A DNA stretch of 63,974 bases, the filler included, from Myxococcota bacterium (GTDB taxonomy: Bacteria; Myxococcota; Myxococcia; Myxococcales; Myxococcaceae): NCBI GenBank assembly GCA_049322255.1. It is 4 parts of 4 records of this genome, joined end to end, with 100 filler letters (N's around TTAATTAATTAA, not from the genome) between each part and the next. Parts side by side here need not be neighbours in the genome. Positions count along the whole stretch, not along the records: positions 1 to 19,455 come from JBMORE010000079.1; 3 more parts are not named here. One strand, given 5' to 3'. Positions 1-9,837 of this stretch are shown in pieces. Under the pieces are notes generated by a model. That model did not search any database. It was given only the letters and a program-made list of their open reading frames with translations, and was not told the origin of the DNA. Both the position numbers and the translations under genes were made by a program. Numbering within the stretch: position 1 is the stretch's first letter; the number at the start of each line of letters is the position of its first letter.

Positions 1-213
1 TACGTCATCCACCTGCCCATCGTGTACGGGTGGGCGCTGTGGCCGGGCTTGTCCACGCTGGTGGGGCCGACGCTTTCACCGTCCGTGGCCGTGGCGACGG
101 CGCTCGGGGTGACCGCGGTGAGCGTCATCGCCACCTTCCTGGGCCGCCGGCTCGTGGAGCGGCCGCGCACGCCGCCGGCTACATCCCGAACTTTCCCTTT
201 GCCGTCTCCTTGA
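1..213 (+). CDS. C-terminal fragment of a membrane protein (acyltransferase/DUF1624-like), 5' truncated by window edge
   Basis: Open frame from base 1: YVIHLPIVYG followed by a hydrophobic helix and ..ERP, typical of acyltransferase-3-type C-termini. Confidence 0.5.
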   Translation, partial: YVIHLPIVYGWALWPGLSTLVGPTLSPSVAVATALGVTAVSVIATFLGRRLVERPRTPPATSRTFPLPSP

Positions 214-586
214 TGAGCGCAGCGAGCACCTTCAAGTCGACGTCGGCGAGGCGTTTGAAGCGCACGCAGCTCTTGCCGATGCTTGCCTTGGGCAGCTTGG
301 CCTTGTAGCGCTCGGCCACGTAGCCGCGCTCGTCGGCGGCGCACGCGTAGAGTGAGATGTAGCGCTTGTTGCTCGCCAGCCCGAGGCGAAACCAGTCTCC
401 CTCTCGGCCGGAGGCGTACTTGTAGTGGAAGCTCCCGTAACCCAGCATCCCCGCGCGGATGTGGGGGTCGAGTTGGGGCGCCGTCTTGCGAATGAGCTCG
501 TCGAGCGCGGCGATTTCGCTTCTGCGCGGCTCCTCGAGTGCGGCGAGGTACTCCTTGGGAGTGGAGACCGCGAGCTGGCCTTTCAT
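179..586 (-). CDS. DUF1801 (YdhG-like) domain protein
   Basis: EYLAAL..RRSEI..LDELIRK, LGYGSFHYKYASGREGDW, NKRYISLY, GKSCVRFKRLADVD motifs; ATG at 586. Confidence 0.9.
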   Translation of the reverse strand: MKGQLAVSTPKEYLAALEEPRRSEIAALDELIRKTAPQLDPHIRAGMLGYGSFHYKYASGREGDWFRLGLASNKRYISLYACAADERGYVAERYKAKLPKASIGKSCVRFKRLADVDLKVLAALIKETAKGKFGM

Positions 587-593
587 GAGGTGG

Positions 594-1169
594 TCAGCCC
601 GAGGGGTACAGCTCGATGCCGTCATAGATGCGATCGACGTCCAGAGAGCAGTCGATAGACTCGAGACGGGCGGTGGTCTTCATGCGTGCTTCGGTGCGTG
701 TCCATTCATTCCTCTCGCCGCGCCGAAAGACCTCGATGAGCCGTTCGCGGTGCGAGACGAGGACGTACTCTTTCAATGTTGGAATCAGCCGATAGTTTTC
801 CGCCTTCGTGCCCCGGTCGAATTCTTCGGTCGAATCGCTCAACACCTCGACCAACACGACCGGGTTGACGACGGTGTTCTTGTCCTCAGGATCGGATTCG
901 AGCTTTCCACAAACGACGCTGACGTCCGGGTATGTGGCAAGGCCGGTGAGAGGAACGCGAATCCGGAGGTCCGAGTTGTACACTCGGCACGGTTTCCCCT
1001 TGAGCTGAGAGCGGAGCTCGCTGCCGACCGCCAGGCCCAGTTCCGAGTGTGCGGGCGTGCCGCCGGCCATGGCGAAGATGTCACCCTCGAAGTACTCGAG
1101 CCGGACGTTGCTGTCTCCGTCCAGACGCACGTAGTCCCGAAAGCGGTGCCGGTGGTGAGGCGCGCGCAT
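594..1169 (-). CDS. Uma2 family (DUF820) endonuclease
   Basis: EYFEGDIFAMAGGTPAH, YPDVSVVC, NPVVLVEVLSDSTEEFDRGTK, YRLIPTLKEYVLV. Confidence 0.93.
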   Translation of the reverse strand: MRAPHHRHRFRDYVRLDGDSNVRLEYFEGDIFAMAGGTPAHSELGLAVGSELRSQLKGKPCRVYNSDLRIRVPLTGLATYPDVSVVCGKLESDPEDKNTVVNPVVLVEVLSDSTEEFDRGTKAENYRLIPTLKEYVLVSHRERLIEVFRRGERNEWTRTEARMKTTARLESIDCSLDVDRIYDGIELYPSG

Positions 1170-1340
1170 GAGACATCATTATGCCTCATCGCCAGACCGA
1201 CAACCGGCACTCATGAATGAATGCGAAGGCGAGGAGTGCCGTCAGCAGGCCGCTCCACCAGGTAAGACAGCCGACTTCTTGAAGTCCCCCGCCTTCGCCC
1301 CGGTGAGTGTCCTCACGTCTGGTCGCCCTTCTCGCCGTGG

Positions 1341-1988
1341 TCAGAGGCGCAGCGCGACGCCGATGCGGTAGGTGATGCCGGACAGCTGCAGCGCGCCCAA
1401 CGGGACTCCGGAGCGAGGAATGTCCTCTGGACCCGGCTTGGCCGGCGAGGGCGCTTTCAGCTCGTCGAATTGGTAAGCGGAGCGCACCGCGTAACCGACG
1501 CCGAGGTCGAGCACCAACGCCCGCCGCGCGGCCCCGGCCAAAGGCACCACCACGTCCACCCCGAGAAGCCCGGAGCCAACCGGCGCGAGCGCCGTTTGCT
1601 CCAGGCGCTGGCCGGCGAGCACCGACAGGGTGGCCCACTCCAGCGCGACGGCGGCGCGGGCGTAGGGTTCGAGCCAGCGCAAGGCAGGGTAGCGATAGGT
1701 GGCCGAGGCCTCGATGCCACGCAGCCAGAGGTCCGCGGAGAGGGTCTGGTGGGCGGCTGCCTTGGTCGCCCCGCTGAACCCGCCCAGGCCGAGCTGGAGC
1801 TGCCCACGCCAGGCTTCTTTCGTCCAGCTCGTTTCCACCCGCCACAGGCCCAAGTGGTCGTCGTCGTCCACGAAGTCATAGGAGCGGGCCTGCACGACTA
1901 GAGCGCCGGTGGAGATGCCGATGTCGATGGGTGGCGCCGCCCAGGACGAGAGGGCGGTGAGCAGCGCGGCGAGAGCAAAAGGGCGCAT
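1341..1988 (-). CDS. Secreted protein, probable small outer-membrane beta-barrel
   Basis: Signal peptide (MRPFALAALLTALSSWA), alternating amphipathic strands, C-terminal strand ITYRIGVALRL. Confidence 0.6.
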   Translation of the reverse strand: MRPFALAALLTALSSWAAPPIDIGISTGALVVQARSYDFVDDDDHLGLWRVETSWTKEAWRGQLQLGLGGFSGATKAAAHQTLSADLWLRGIEASATYRYPALRWLEPYARAAVALEWATLSVLAGQRLEQTALAPVGSGLLGVDVVVPLAGAARRALVLDLGVGYAVRSAYQFDELKAPSPAKPGPEDIPRSGVPLGALQLSGITYRIGVALRL

Positions 1989-1990
1989 GG

Positions 1991-3469
1991 CTAGAGACCC
2001 TCCGTGGCGCGATCGAGGTCTCCGGTGAGGCCAAAGTAGGAGTAGCGCAACGCCTGGGTTCGGTCCTGACTACCGGCAGGTACGAAAGTGACGTCCCCCA
2101 GCGGGATGTTGGAGTGTACCGCTGCCAACCAGTCGCCTTCGGGCAGGTGGAAGAGCGCCCGCGGCGATGCATCGAGAGACACCTGGGCCAGCTGGAGGGT
2201 GCGTAAATCGAGCGTCACCACCGCGCCGTCGCCGTCGGCGGCGAAAAAGAGGCGCTCCTTGCGCTCGTCGAGAGCAAACACCGACGCCGGCCGCACCAAC
2301 TGAATGGACTGAATGCGCGCGCGCAGACGGGTGGCCGCGTCCTCGACGGTGAGGATGGAGAGCGCGCTGCCTCCTCCGGCGGAGAGGCTTCCGTGGGCGA
2401 ACAGCGCCTTGCCCAAGGGTTCGGCGATTCCCACGCTCGCCCCCACGCCATCGAGCACCGCGGTGCCGGAGCGGCCGTCGGTCACGTCCCAGGCGGTGAC
2501 CTGCTTCGTCGAGGGCCCGAAGAGAAGCACCCGCTCGTTCGACAGTGGGCGCACCGCGTTGTAGGTGTCGGGAAGCGGCAGCCGCAGCACGTTGTCGATG
2601 ATGCCGCGGGGGTCGAGGCGCAGCGCCTCCTTGCTCTGCGCATACACGGCGAGCACCCCCCCGGAGGAAAGGTCGATGTCGGCCAACCCCTGGCCTCCGG
2701 CCACGAAGTTGATCGACGCCGAGACGCCTTGGGCAGAGGGCTCGAGCTCGACCACGATGACGTCGTCCAGCCCGCTGGCACGGAGGAAGAGAAAGCGCGC
2801 ATCTTGGGAGAAGAGCGCCTCGAGCACCGTGGCCTCGGTCGGCACCCCCTGGGGACGAATGGAGATGCGCCGCGGGGCCTCGGTGGGCCGCTTGGCGTCG
2901 AAGAGCGCCACCCCGCGGTCGAGCGCCACCGCCACCAGCCTCCGGGCCGCCTCGTCGGGGCCGTAGACCACCGCGTGCGGCGCCAGGCTCTCCGTGTCCA
3001 GCTGAATACGGGTCACGGTGCGCGAGGAAAGCTCGACGAGGGCAATCTCGTTCAAGTTGCGCGCGGCCAGAGGAGTGCCGCTGGTGGTGGCCGAGTAAGT
3101 CAGCACCGCGTGCTGGCCATCGGGGCTCAAATGAATGGCGTCGAAGAGCCCAGGCACCTCCAAGTGCTCGGCGGTGAGCGCCTGGGTATCGACCACGTCG
3201 AGCCGGGGTTCGCGCAAGCTGCCGGCGAGCACCAGCACCAGCTCGCTCCCGGGCACGTGCGCGGCCACCCGGGCGCCCGCCGAGAGCTCCAGGTCGACCG
3301 GAGCCTGAGGCGGCTTGAGCACCACCGCCCGGCTGGTCTGGGGAACCACCTGCACCAGAGCCGAGCGCGTGGCCAAAAGGGGCAGTGGCGTCAGCGGCTG
3401 CACGAAGAGGTCGCCACGGGTGCCGCACGCAGTGAGGAGGAGCAGCCAGAAGGCGCGCAGGCGCATCAC
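1991..3469 (-). CDS. Lipoprotein with beta-propeller-like repeats
   Basis: Lipobox LLLTAC; repeated LSPDG/FSQDA-type turns and beta-rich repeats. Confidence 0.7.
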   Translation of the reverse strand: MMRLRAFWLLLLTACGTRGDLFVQPLTPLPLLATRSALVQVVPQTSRAVVLKPPQAPVDLELSAGARVAAHVPGSELVLVLAGSLREPRLDVVDTQALTAEHLEVPGLFDAIHLSPDGQHAVLTYSATTSGTPLAARNLNEIALVELSSRTVTRIQLDTESLAPHAVVYGPDEAARRLVAVALDRGVALFDAKRPTEAPRRISIRPQGVPTEATVLEALFSQDARFLFLRASGLDDVIVVELEPSAQGVSASINFVAGGQGLADIDLSSGGVLAVYAQSKEALRLDPRGIIDNVLRLPLPDTYNAVRPLSNERVLLFGPSTKQVTAWDVTDGRSGTAVLDGVGASVGIAEPLGKALFAHGSLSAGGGSALSILTVEDAATRLRARIQSIQLVRPASVFALDERKERLFFAADGDGAVVTLDLRTLQLAQVSLDASPRALFHLPEGDWLAAVHSNIPLGDVTFVPAGSQDRTQALRYSYFGLTGDLDRATEGL

Positions 3470-5139
3470 TCGATCTCCGCGTTCAGGGTGAAGCCGGTCA
3501 CCGTTCGCACCTGCGCCGAATCGAGCTGCACCACGCTGATGCGCCCAGCCGAATGGGTCTGGGACACGAAGACCCGGTGGGGAGAGATGCCGGGGGCCTG
3601 GGGCACGGTGCCCATGAACAGCGGCGCCGAGGAGAGAGGAAGGCTCACTGCCACCAGCGAAAGCAGGTTGACCGCCTCGAGAGCGAAGGTGCGGGTGGCG
3701 TCGTCGCGCAGGGCCACCCCGGCGAATCCACCCACCGGGGAGTAGGCGTAGCGCGCGGGGCGCACCTTACCGGTGCGCTTGAGTTGTGAATAACCGGTGG
3801 TGATGTCCAACAGCGTGTAACCGTGGTCGGTGTCCACCGCGCGCTCGTAGGGGTCGGTGGCGGTGGAAGCTGGATTGGGACGGTGGATGACGATGGCCGA
3901 GCGGCCGTCGGGGGAGATGGAGATTTCCTCCACCCACTTCTCCAACCGGTACACCTGCACGTTGCCCGAGGGCAGATCCACCCGGGCGAAGGACTCGTCA
4001 TCGCCGACGTTGGAGAAGATGAGGGCGAAGGCGGAAGCGGAGCCGGCGGGAGGCAGCACCACTTGGCCCACCGCGGCGCCTCCGGTGCTGAATTGCTCGA
4101 TGCCCGCAGGGTCGGCGATGTCGGCAGGAAGCTCGATGAAGGCAATCGCCTTCGCGGTGCGCAAGGCGGCGACGGCCGCGCTTCCATCGGACAGGAGGTC
4201 CACATCGGTGGCCACCTCGGGCAACGCCACCACCGTCAAGCTCGACCCGTCGAAGTAGGCGAGCTCCGCAGCGATGGTGGAGCGCAGCACCATGCGTAGC
4301 CCATCGGCGGTGGCGACCACCTCCCGGGAAGAGACGTCGGCAGACATCGACGGCGGCAGGTCCAGGCGCGAGGGCAGGGAGACTTGGGTCAGGCCATTGA
4401 GGTCGATGGTGGCCACGGTGGATTTGGCGAAGACGTGCGCCCGCGTTGCGGTTTTCGCCTCCACTCGGAAGACCACGTCGGTGACTCGGTAGCCCACCGC
4501 ACGCTCGAAGAGCACCTCGGCTGCGGGCCTGTTGGCGCGCACCCCGGTGAGGTCGATGACGGTGACGATACCCTCCGCGCCGGCGCTGGGGGTTTTGGTC
4601 GGGTCGGGCCAGGCAATGGCGAAGGCCCCGTCTGGAGAAACCGCGAGGTGGGTGAACTGGCGCCGAAGCGGCACGCGAATCACCCGGGAGGGCAGGGTGG
4701 TGGAGTCGACCACCGACAGCGAGGCGTCGTCGTAGGAGAGCACCACCGCCGCGTCCTCCCCGGGCAGCGCGGCAATCGCCACCGGGCCGGCTCCCACCGG
4801 AATCGCTTCGATGGCCAGGCTCGCGGGCTCGATACGCGCCACCGATGCCGCGGTAGGGTTGAGCGCGTAGACGTAGCGCGGGCTGGCCACCGGCGGGCTC
4901 TCGGAAAGGCTGCGGTCGACTTCCTGCTCCGGAGGGACGCAGAAGCCTCCCTCACAGGTATATGAGGAGGGGCACTCGGTGCGCACGGTGCAGGGCTGTG
5001 GCGGACTGCCGGAGTCACCGCCGCCTCCACCGGAACCCCCTTGGTTCGGGACGAAGCCAGTAGTTCGTTCTGTCAACGAAGGGCCGGAGCCACAGGCGGC
5101 CAGCATCACCACCGCGCCCGCGAGGGTGATAGTCCGCAT
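3466..5139 (-). CDS. Lipoprotein with Cys-rich motif and YncE-like beta-propeller repeats
   Basis: Lipobox MLAAC, Gly-rich linker, CTVRTECPSSYTCEGGFC, IPVGAGPVAIA, VSPDG/ISPDG repeats. Confidence 0.75.
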   Translation of the reverse strand: MRTITLAGAVVMLAACGSGPSLTERTTGFVPNQGGSGGGGGDSGSPPQPCTVRTECPSSYTCEGGFCVPPEQEVDRSLSESPPVASPRYVYALNPTAASVARIEPASLAIEAIPVGAGPVAIAALPGEDAAVVLSYDDASLSVVDSTTLPSRVIRVPLRRQFTHLAVSPDGAFAIAWPDPTKTPSAGAEGIVTVIDLTGVRANRPAAEVLFERAVGYRVTDVVFRVEAKTATRAHVFAKSTVATIDLNGLTQVSLPSRLDLPPSMSADVSSREVVATADGLRMVLRSTIAAELAYFDGSSLTVVALPEVATDVDLLSDGSAAVAALRTAKAIAFIELPADIADPAGIEQFSTGGAAVGQVVLPPAGSASAFALIFSNVGDDESFARVDLPSGNVQVYRLEKWVEEISISPDGRSAIVIHRPNPASTATDPYERAVDTDHGYTLLDITTGYSQLKRTGKVRPARYAYSPVGGFAGVALRDDATRTFALEAVNLLSLVAVSLPLSSAPLFMGTVPQAPGISPHRVFVSQTHSAGRISVVQLDSAQVRTVTGFTLNAEIE

Positions 5140-5190
5140 TCCCAGTCCGCGCACGGGAGCCCCTTCTTTCCGGCCCAAGCGCGGCGACCC

Positions 5191-5209
5191 ATTCACGCCA
5201 CATGCCAGG
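5191..5209 (-). promoter_or_regulatory. Possible sigma54-like promoter for the lipoprotein operon
   Basis: Minus strand CTGGCATGTGGCGTGAAT: -24 TGGCA matches; -12 is GA rather than GC. Confidence 0.3.
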
Positions 5210-5304
5210 CGCCAAGTACCCAACAGCACGAAGCACAGTCGAAAGCAGAGCGGTCCGACCCCGACATCGCCGTCAGGGAAACGTGTGCTTGTCGAGCCTG
5301 CGCC

Positions 5305-5727
5305 TCAGATGCTTGCGCAGGTCAGCCCCACCCGGGCGGCGGCCTCTGCCATCCGCGCGTCGAAAGTGCAAATCGTCAGATTGGAATCAGCCGCCGTTTG
5401 AAAATAGAGCGCGGTGGCAAGATGAGCGGCGTCCAGGTTCCGGCAACCGGTGAGCTCACTGGCAGCACGTAGCTTCTCCACGATTTCCTCGTCGAGGGGC
5501 TTGAGGGCCATCTCCTCCAGCGCCGAATCGAGGCGCGCCTGAGCGGCCCGAACGGCCGTGGAAGACCACCCTGCCGAGAGGCGACGCAAGACGGTGACGC
5601 ATTCGATTTCGGTCAAGACCGAGCTCACCCGCTCCAGCTCTGAGCTCCAGAGCTCGAACGCTCGATCGGCACGCACATCGCCGACCACCAGTGACAAGAC
5701 GACGCTCGTGTCGAAGTAGGAGGGCAT
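5305..5727 (-). CDS. VapC family PIN-domain toxin
   Basis: YFDTSVV, SVLTEIE, LDAAHLATA, TFDARM; ATG overlaps antitoxin stop (TGATG). Confidence 0.9.
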   Translation of the reverse strand: MPSYFDTSVVLSLVVGDVRADRAFELWSSELERVSSVLTEIECVTVLRRLSAGWSSTAVRAAQARLDSALEEMALKPLDEEIVEKLRAASELTGCRNLDAAHLATALYFQTAADSNLTICTFDARMAEAAARVGLTCASI

Positions 5728-6020
5728 CAGAGGCGGTCGGCGCGCGTTTCCTCGAGGAGCTTCTGCACGTCGATGCCGGGTGTCTTCTTCGGTTCCAGCC
5801 GCGAACGCTTTCGCTTGGCGAGGCGGAGCGTGCCGCGGCGTGCCTGTGCCTCCAGGAAGGCAATCCACGGTGAGGCGCGCGTGACCATCGGCTCGCTGGG
5901 CGACCGCAGCTCGGCGATCACCTCGTCTCGATCGGTCACCAGCACGACCTCTCCCTGCCTCACCAGATCGAGGTAGCGGCTCAGGTTGTTCTTGAGCACC
6001 TTGATGCCCACCGACTTCAT
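5727..6020 (-). CDS. Phd/YefM family antitoxin
   Basis: MKSVGIKVLKNNLSRYLDLVRQGEVVLVTDRDEVIAEL. Confidence 0.9.
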   Translation of the reverse strand: MKSVGIKVLKNNLSRYLDLVRQGEVVLVTDRDEVIAELRSPSEPMVTRASPWIAFLEAQARRGTLRLAKRKRSRLEPKKTPGIDVQKLLEETRADRL

Positions 6021-6029
6021 CGATTCCAA

Positions 6030-6058
6030 ATGGTAGCCACGGTAGCTACTTGAAGCAA
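6030..6058 (-). promoter_or_regulatory. sigma70-type promoter with palindromic operator for vapBC #1
   Basis: TTGCTT-N17-TACCAT; GTAGCTAC and GTGGCTAC boxes in the spacer/-10. Confidence 0.65.
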
Positions 6059-6110
6059 GGGAGGCCGCTTCGGAGCCCGCCTGGCCCGGTGCAGTGCTCT
6101 GGGTAGGGCA

Positions 6111-6914
6111 TTACCGCTTCGCGCCCTGACACAAGTGCGTTTTGAATTCGAGATAATCATCAGGCATGGGGTCGAAGAAGTCGTGCTGGACACGGGAAGG
6201 AGCGAGAAAGCCCCGGAGCAAGGTGAGCTCGCACCGGCTGTCGTTGGGCGTATCGATCCATCGCGGATGAAGGAAAAGACCCTCATGGAGGTCGACGGTG
6301 TAGGAGCCGCGCTCGCAGTCGTACCGATTTGACCTTGGCGGACCCTGCGCGAGCAGCGGATGGTCAGCGGCTGCCTGGAGGTGCTGGGGGGACCGCAAAG
6401 TGCCGCCGCGGTCATGGCAATCCTCGCGATCTGTCACGCAGCGTCCCTTCTCGCCCGAGAAGGAGATGTTGCCGTCAGAAATGAAAGCTTGGAGGGTCGG
6501 CGGCGGGCAGGTGCACTCGCCGTAGCTCTTGTGCGCGCTCGCCTGGTAGACCAACCACACCCCGTTCACCGACTCATCGCAACGCCGTCGGTCTAGCTCC
6601 TGCAACCATGCGTGGAAGATGGGCTCGGTCGCGCGACACACCTGCTCGCATTCCAGCGGGTCACACTCGTCGGCCAGGACGCAGCGGGAGTCCTGCCGGC
6701 AAAGTTCCTTGGACGAGCGCTCGCATTGCTCGACGGCGACGCGGTTTTTGGCGAACTCTCTTCGGTAGGCGTCGATCTGCGCTCGCGCCAGTAGGTGGTC
6801 GATGTGCGGGCTGAGCCACACCGGGCGCGCGGCCTGAGGCGGGGTGCTGGAGAGCGACCCGTTTGCGTAGAGCGCCACGAGCACCGCAGAGCCTTTCCAC
6901 CCTCGTCCCCACAT
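6111..6914 (-). CDS. Cys-rich hypothetical protein, possibly exported
   Basis: 267 aa ORF filling the gap between M16 and vapBC; 14 Cys; weak hydrophobic N-terminus. Confidence 0.55.
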   Translation of the reverse strand: MWGRGWKGSAVLVALYANGSLSSTPPQAARPVWLSPHIDHLLARAQIDAYRREFAKNRVAVEQCERSSKELCRQDSRCVLADECDPLECEQVCRATEPIFHAWLQELDRRRCDESVNGVWLVYQASAHKSYGECTCPPPTLQAFISDGNISFSGEKGRCVTDREDCHDRGGTLRSPQHLQAAADHPLLAQGPPRSNRYDCERGSYTVDLHEGLFLHPRWIDTPNDSRCELTLLRGFLAPSRVQHDFFDPMPDDYLEFKTHLCQGAKR

Positions 6915-6964
6915 GGGGCGCTTGGACGCTCGCGTAGGCCGGTCGGTTCCGCCGCCGGAGGGCT

Positions 6965-9718
6965 TTAGCGAGTCGGTGGTTCCTTCTTCTCGAAGTCCCC
7001 CGCCTTCACCACGGTGAGCTTCTTCACGTCCAGGTGCTTGGAGAGCGCGGCGTGCACCGTCTTGGGGTCGAGGGTGTTGACCCTCTTCTCCAGCGCCTCG
7101 TCCCACGCCAGGGTGCGGTCGAGGAAGAGGTAGTTGGCGAGGGTGCGCACCAGCTCGTTGTCCTGCGCGCGCGACTGCTCCCACTGCTGGAGCAGGCCCG
7201 CTTTGCCCTTCTGCACCTCCTCGGGGGTGAAGCCCGAGGCGACCGCCTTGCCCAGCTCTTCTTGGAAGGCGCTCTCCACCTTGGCGACGTTCTGCGGCGC
7301 GTAGATGGCGTAGCAGCCGAGCATCGCCTCCTCATCCAGGGGACTGGAGCGGAAGTACGAGCCGGCACCGTAGGAGAGGCCGTCTTTTTGCCGTAGCCGG
7401 GTGGCCAGCCGCGAATTCAAAAAGCCGCCTCCGAGGAGAAAGTCGGCCAGCACCAGCGCCGGGTAGTCGGGGTGGTCGTCCCGCATGGCGAAGGTGGTGG
7501 CGGCGAAGTAGGCGGCGTTGGCCTTGTCCGGCGTCTGAATGGTGACCGGTTTGGGCTCCACCGGACGGAAGGGGCGAACGATGCGCTGGTAGGGCTCCTT
7601 GGCCTTCCATGCGCCGAAGAGGGAAGTGAGCTGCGCGGTAAGCTCCTTGGCGTCAAAGTCGCCCACCATCGCCAGCTCCCCGGCGTGAGCGCCATAGAAG
7701 CGCGCGTAGAAATCCTTCACCTCCTCGAGCTTCACCGCCTTGGTGGCGGCGAGGGACTCGTCGAAGGTGGGGTTGTAGAAGGGGTGTCCCGCGGGCCAGG
7801 GGTCGACCTGGCGGCGCAGGGCCACTTGGGCGAGGGGAATGGGCTCGGTCTTCTGCGACTCCAGGCGGGTGAGCGTCTCGGTGCGCAGCTGCTCGAATTC
7901 CTTCCCGTCGAAGGCCGGCTCTCGCAACACCTCGCCGACGAGGGCCACCACTTCGGCCAGCTGGGGGCGGCGCGCCTCGATGCTCACCGACACTTGGGTG
8001 GGGCCGCCGTCGACGTGGACTTGCGCCTTGAGCCGGTCGAGCTCGTCCTTGAGCTGTTGGCGGGAGCGCTTCTTCGTCCCCCGCATCAACATGCGCGCGG
8101 TGAGCTCGGCGGCGGTCTTCTTCCAGGCCAGGGTCTTGTCGCTCCCCAAGCGCAAGGTGAATTGGGCGTGCACCGTCTCCCCCCGCGTTTTCTTGGGAAG
8201 CAGCGCCACCTCCAGCCCGCTGGGCAGCGCCTGCCGGGTGGTGCGGGCCTCGATGTTTTTGGGAGTGGCCTCGAACGCCTCCCCCACGGCCATCGCCGCG
8301 TCGCCCTTGTAGTCCTTCACCAGCGCGGTCACGTCGGGGGACGGCGGCATGGCGATGCGGTCGGGGGCGTCGGTGGGCACGAAGCGGCCCAGGGTGCGAT
8401 TGGAGGTTTTCAAGTACGCCGCGGCCACCCGCTGCACGTCCTCCTTCTTCACCGCCCGAATGCGGTCGCGGTGAATGAAAAGCATTCGCCAGTCTCCCAT
8501 CGCCGCCCACTCGGACAGCTGCAGGCCGACCCGCTCGGAGGAGTTCAAGGTGAGCTCGATGTCCTTGAGCAGCGCGGCGCGGGCGCGTTCCACCTCTTCA
8601 TCGGTGAAAGGTTTCTTCGTCGCCTCCTCTACCGTGGCCAAGAGGGCGCTCTCCGCGGGGGCCAGCGCCTCGTCTTTGCGCACCTCGGCGAGGAACATGA
8701 GCAAGCCGGGGTCTTTGAGCTGGTAGTTGAGCGCAGCCACGCTGGCGGCCTTCTTGGTCTCCACCAGCGCCTTGTACAGGCGGCCGGAAGGGGTGTCCCC
8801 CAGCGCCAGGGTGAGCAAGTCGATGGCGGCGAAGTCCTCGTGGGTGCCGGCGGGTACGTGGTAGCCGGCGAGGAGCAGCTGCACTCCCCCCACCCGGCGC
8901 ACGGTGACGGTGCGGTCGCCGTCTTGTACCGGCTCCTCGGTGTAGAGCGGCGGCAGCACCCGCTTGGGCTTGGGGAGACGGCCGAAGCTGTCGGCGATGA
9001 GGCGCAGCGCCTTTGCCTCGTCGAAGCGGCCCGCCACCACCAGCATCGCGTTGTCCGGCTGGTAGTAGCGCTCGTAGAAGGCGCGCAGGCGCTCGGTGGG
9101 CACGTTCTCGATGTCCGCGCGGGCGCCGATGGTGGGGTTGCCGTAGTTGTGCCAGAGGTAGGCGGTGGCCTGCACCCGCTGCATCAGCACGCGTTGGGGG
9201 TTGGTCTCCCCCATCTCGTATTCGTTGCGCACCACCGTCATCTCCGAGTCCAAGTCCTTCTTGGCCACCAGGCTGTTCACCATGCGGTCGGCCTCGAAGG
9301 AGAGCGCCCACTCGAGGTTCTTCTCGGTGGCGGGCATGGTCTCGAAGTAGTTGGTGCGGTCGAGCCAGGTGGTGCCGTTGGGCTCGGCGCCGTGGTCGAC
9401 CAGCGCCTGGGGCACGTTGGGCGTTTTCTTGGTGCCCTTGAAGAGCAGGTGCTCGAGCAGGTGGGCCATGCCCGTCTCGCCGTAACCCTCGTGCCGGCTG
9501 CCTACGAAGTAGGTGACATTCACCGTCACCGTGGCCTTCGACGGGTCGGGGAAGAGCAACACCTTCATTCCGTTGGAGAGGGCGTACTCGGTGATGCCCT
9601 CCACGGTGGCGCCGCGGGTGACTCCCTTGGGCAGCGGCGGTGCGGCCAGCGCGGGAACGGCGGCGAGAAACGCCACCAGCACGGTCGCCAACGCCTTCTT
9701 CGAGTCAGGAGAAGTCAT
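6965..9718 (-). CDS. M16 family (pitrilysin/PqqL-like) zinc peptidase, secreted
   Basis: Signal peptide; HLLEH inverzincin motif; NGTTWLDRTNYFE; LRQKDGLSYG. Confidence 0.95.
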   Translation of the reverse strand: MTSPDSKKALATVLVAFLAAVPALAAPPLPKGVTRGATVEGITEYALSNGMKVLLFPDPSKATVTVNVTYFVGSRHEGYGETGMAHLLEHLLFKGTKKTPNVPQALVDHGAEPNGTTWLDRTNYFETMPATEKNLEWALSFEADRMVNSLVAKKDLDSEMTVVRNEYEMGETNPQRVLMQRVQATAYLWHNYGNPTIGARADIENVPTERLRAFYERYYQPDNAMLVVAGRFDEAKALRLIADSFGRLPKPKRVLPPLYTEEPVQDGDRTVTVRRVGGVQLLLAGYHVPAGTHEDFAAIDLLTLALGDTPSGRLYKALVETKKAASVAALNYQLKDPGLLMFLAEVRKDEALAPAESALLATVEEATKKPFTDEEVERARAALLKDIELTLNSSERVGLQLSEWAAMGDWRMLFIHRDRIRAVKKEDVQRVAAAYLKTSNRTLGRFVPTDAPDRIAMPPSPDVTALVKDYKGDAAMAVGEAFEATPKNIEARTTRQALPSGLEVALLPKKTRGETVHAQFTLRLGSDKTLAWKKTAAELTARMLMRGTKKRSRQQLKDELDRLKAQVHVDGGPTQVSVSIEARRPQLAEVVALVGEVLREPAFDGKEFEQLRTETLTRLESQKTEPIPLAQVALRRQVDPWPAGHPFYNPTFDESLAATKAVKLEEVKDFYARFYGAHAGELAMVGDFDAKELTAQLTSLFGAWKAKEPYQRIVRPFRPVEPKPVTIQTPDKANAAYFAATTFAMRDDHPDYPALVLADFLLGGGFLNSRLATRLRQKDGLSYGAGSYFRSSPLDEEAMLGCYAIYAPQNVAKVESAFQEELGKAVASGFTPEEVQKGKAGLLQQWEQSRAQDNELVRTLANYLFLDRTLAWDEALEKRVNTLDPKTVHAALSKHLDVKKLTVVKAGDFEKKEPPTR

Positions 9719-9837
9719 ACGGTTCCTCGCTTCACGGTGAAAGGACGGGCGCACACTTAGGCACTCGTGCCGATGACGGTCCAGACAAAGTGGCGGATTT
9801 GCTCATTCCCGGCGTTTTGAGCGAGTCTGTCGCACCT

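Noticed and set aside
7472..9760. Long antisense or alternative-frame ORFs (e.g. 7472-9760, 17525-19270, 20948-22747, 24398-26197, 29150-31162, 58580-60538)
   Set aside because: Shadow ORFs expected opposite high-GC3 genes; no motifs, Arg/Gly/His-rich
9750..9837. sigma28-like GCCGATGA upstream of the 9838 gene
   Set aside because: No properly spaced TAAA -35 element; not supportable
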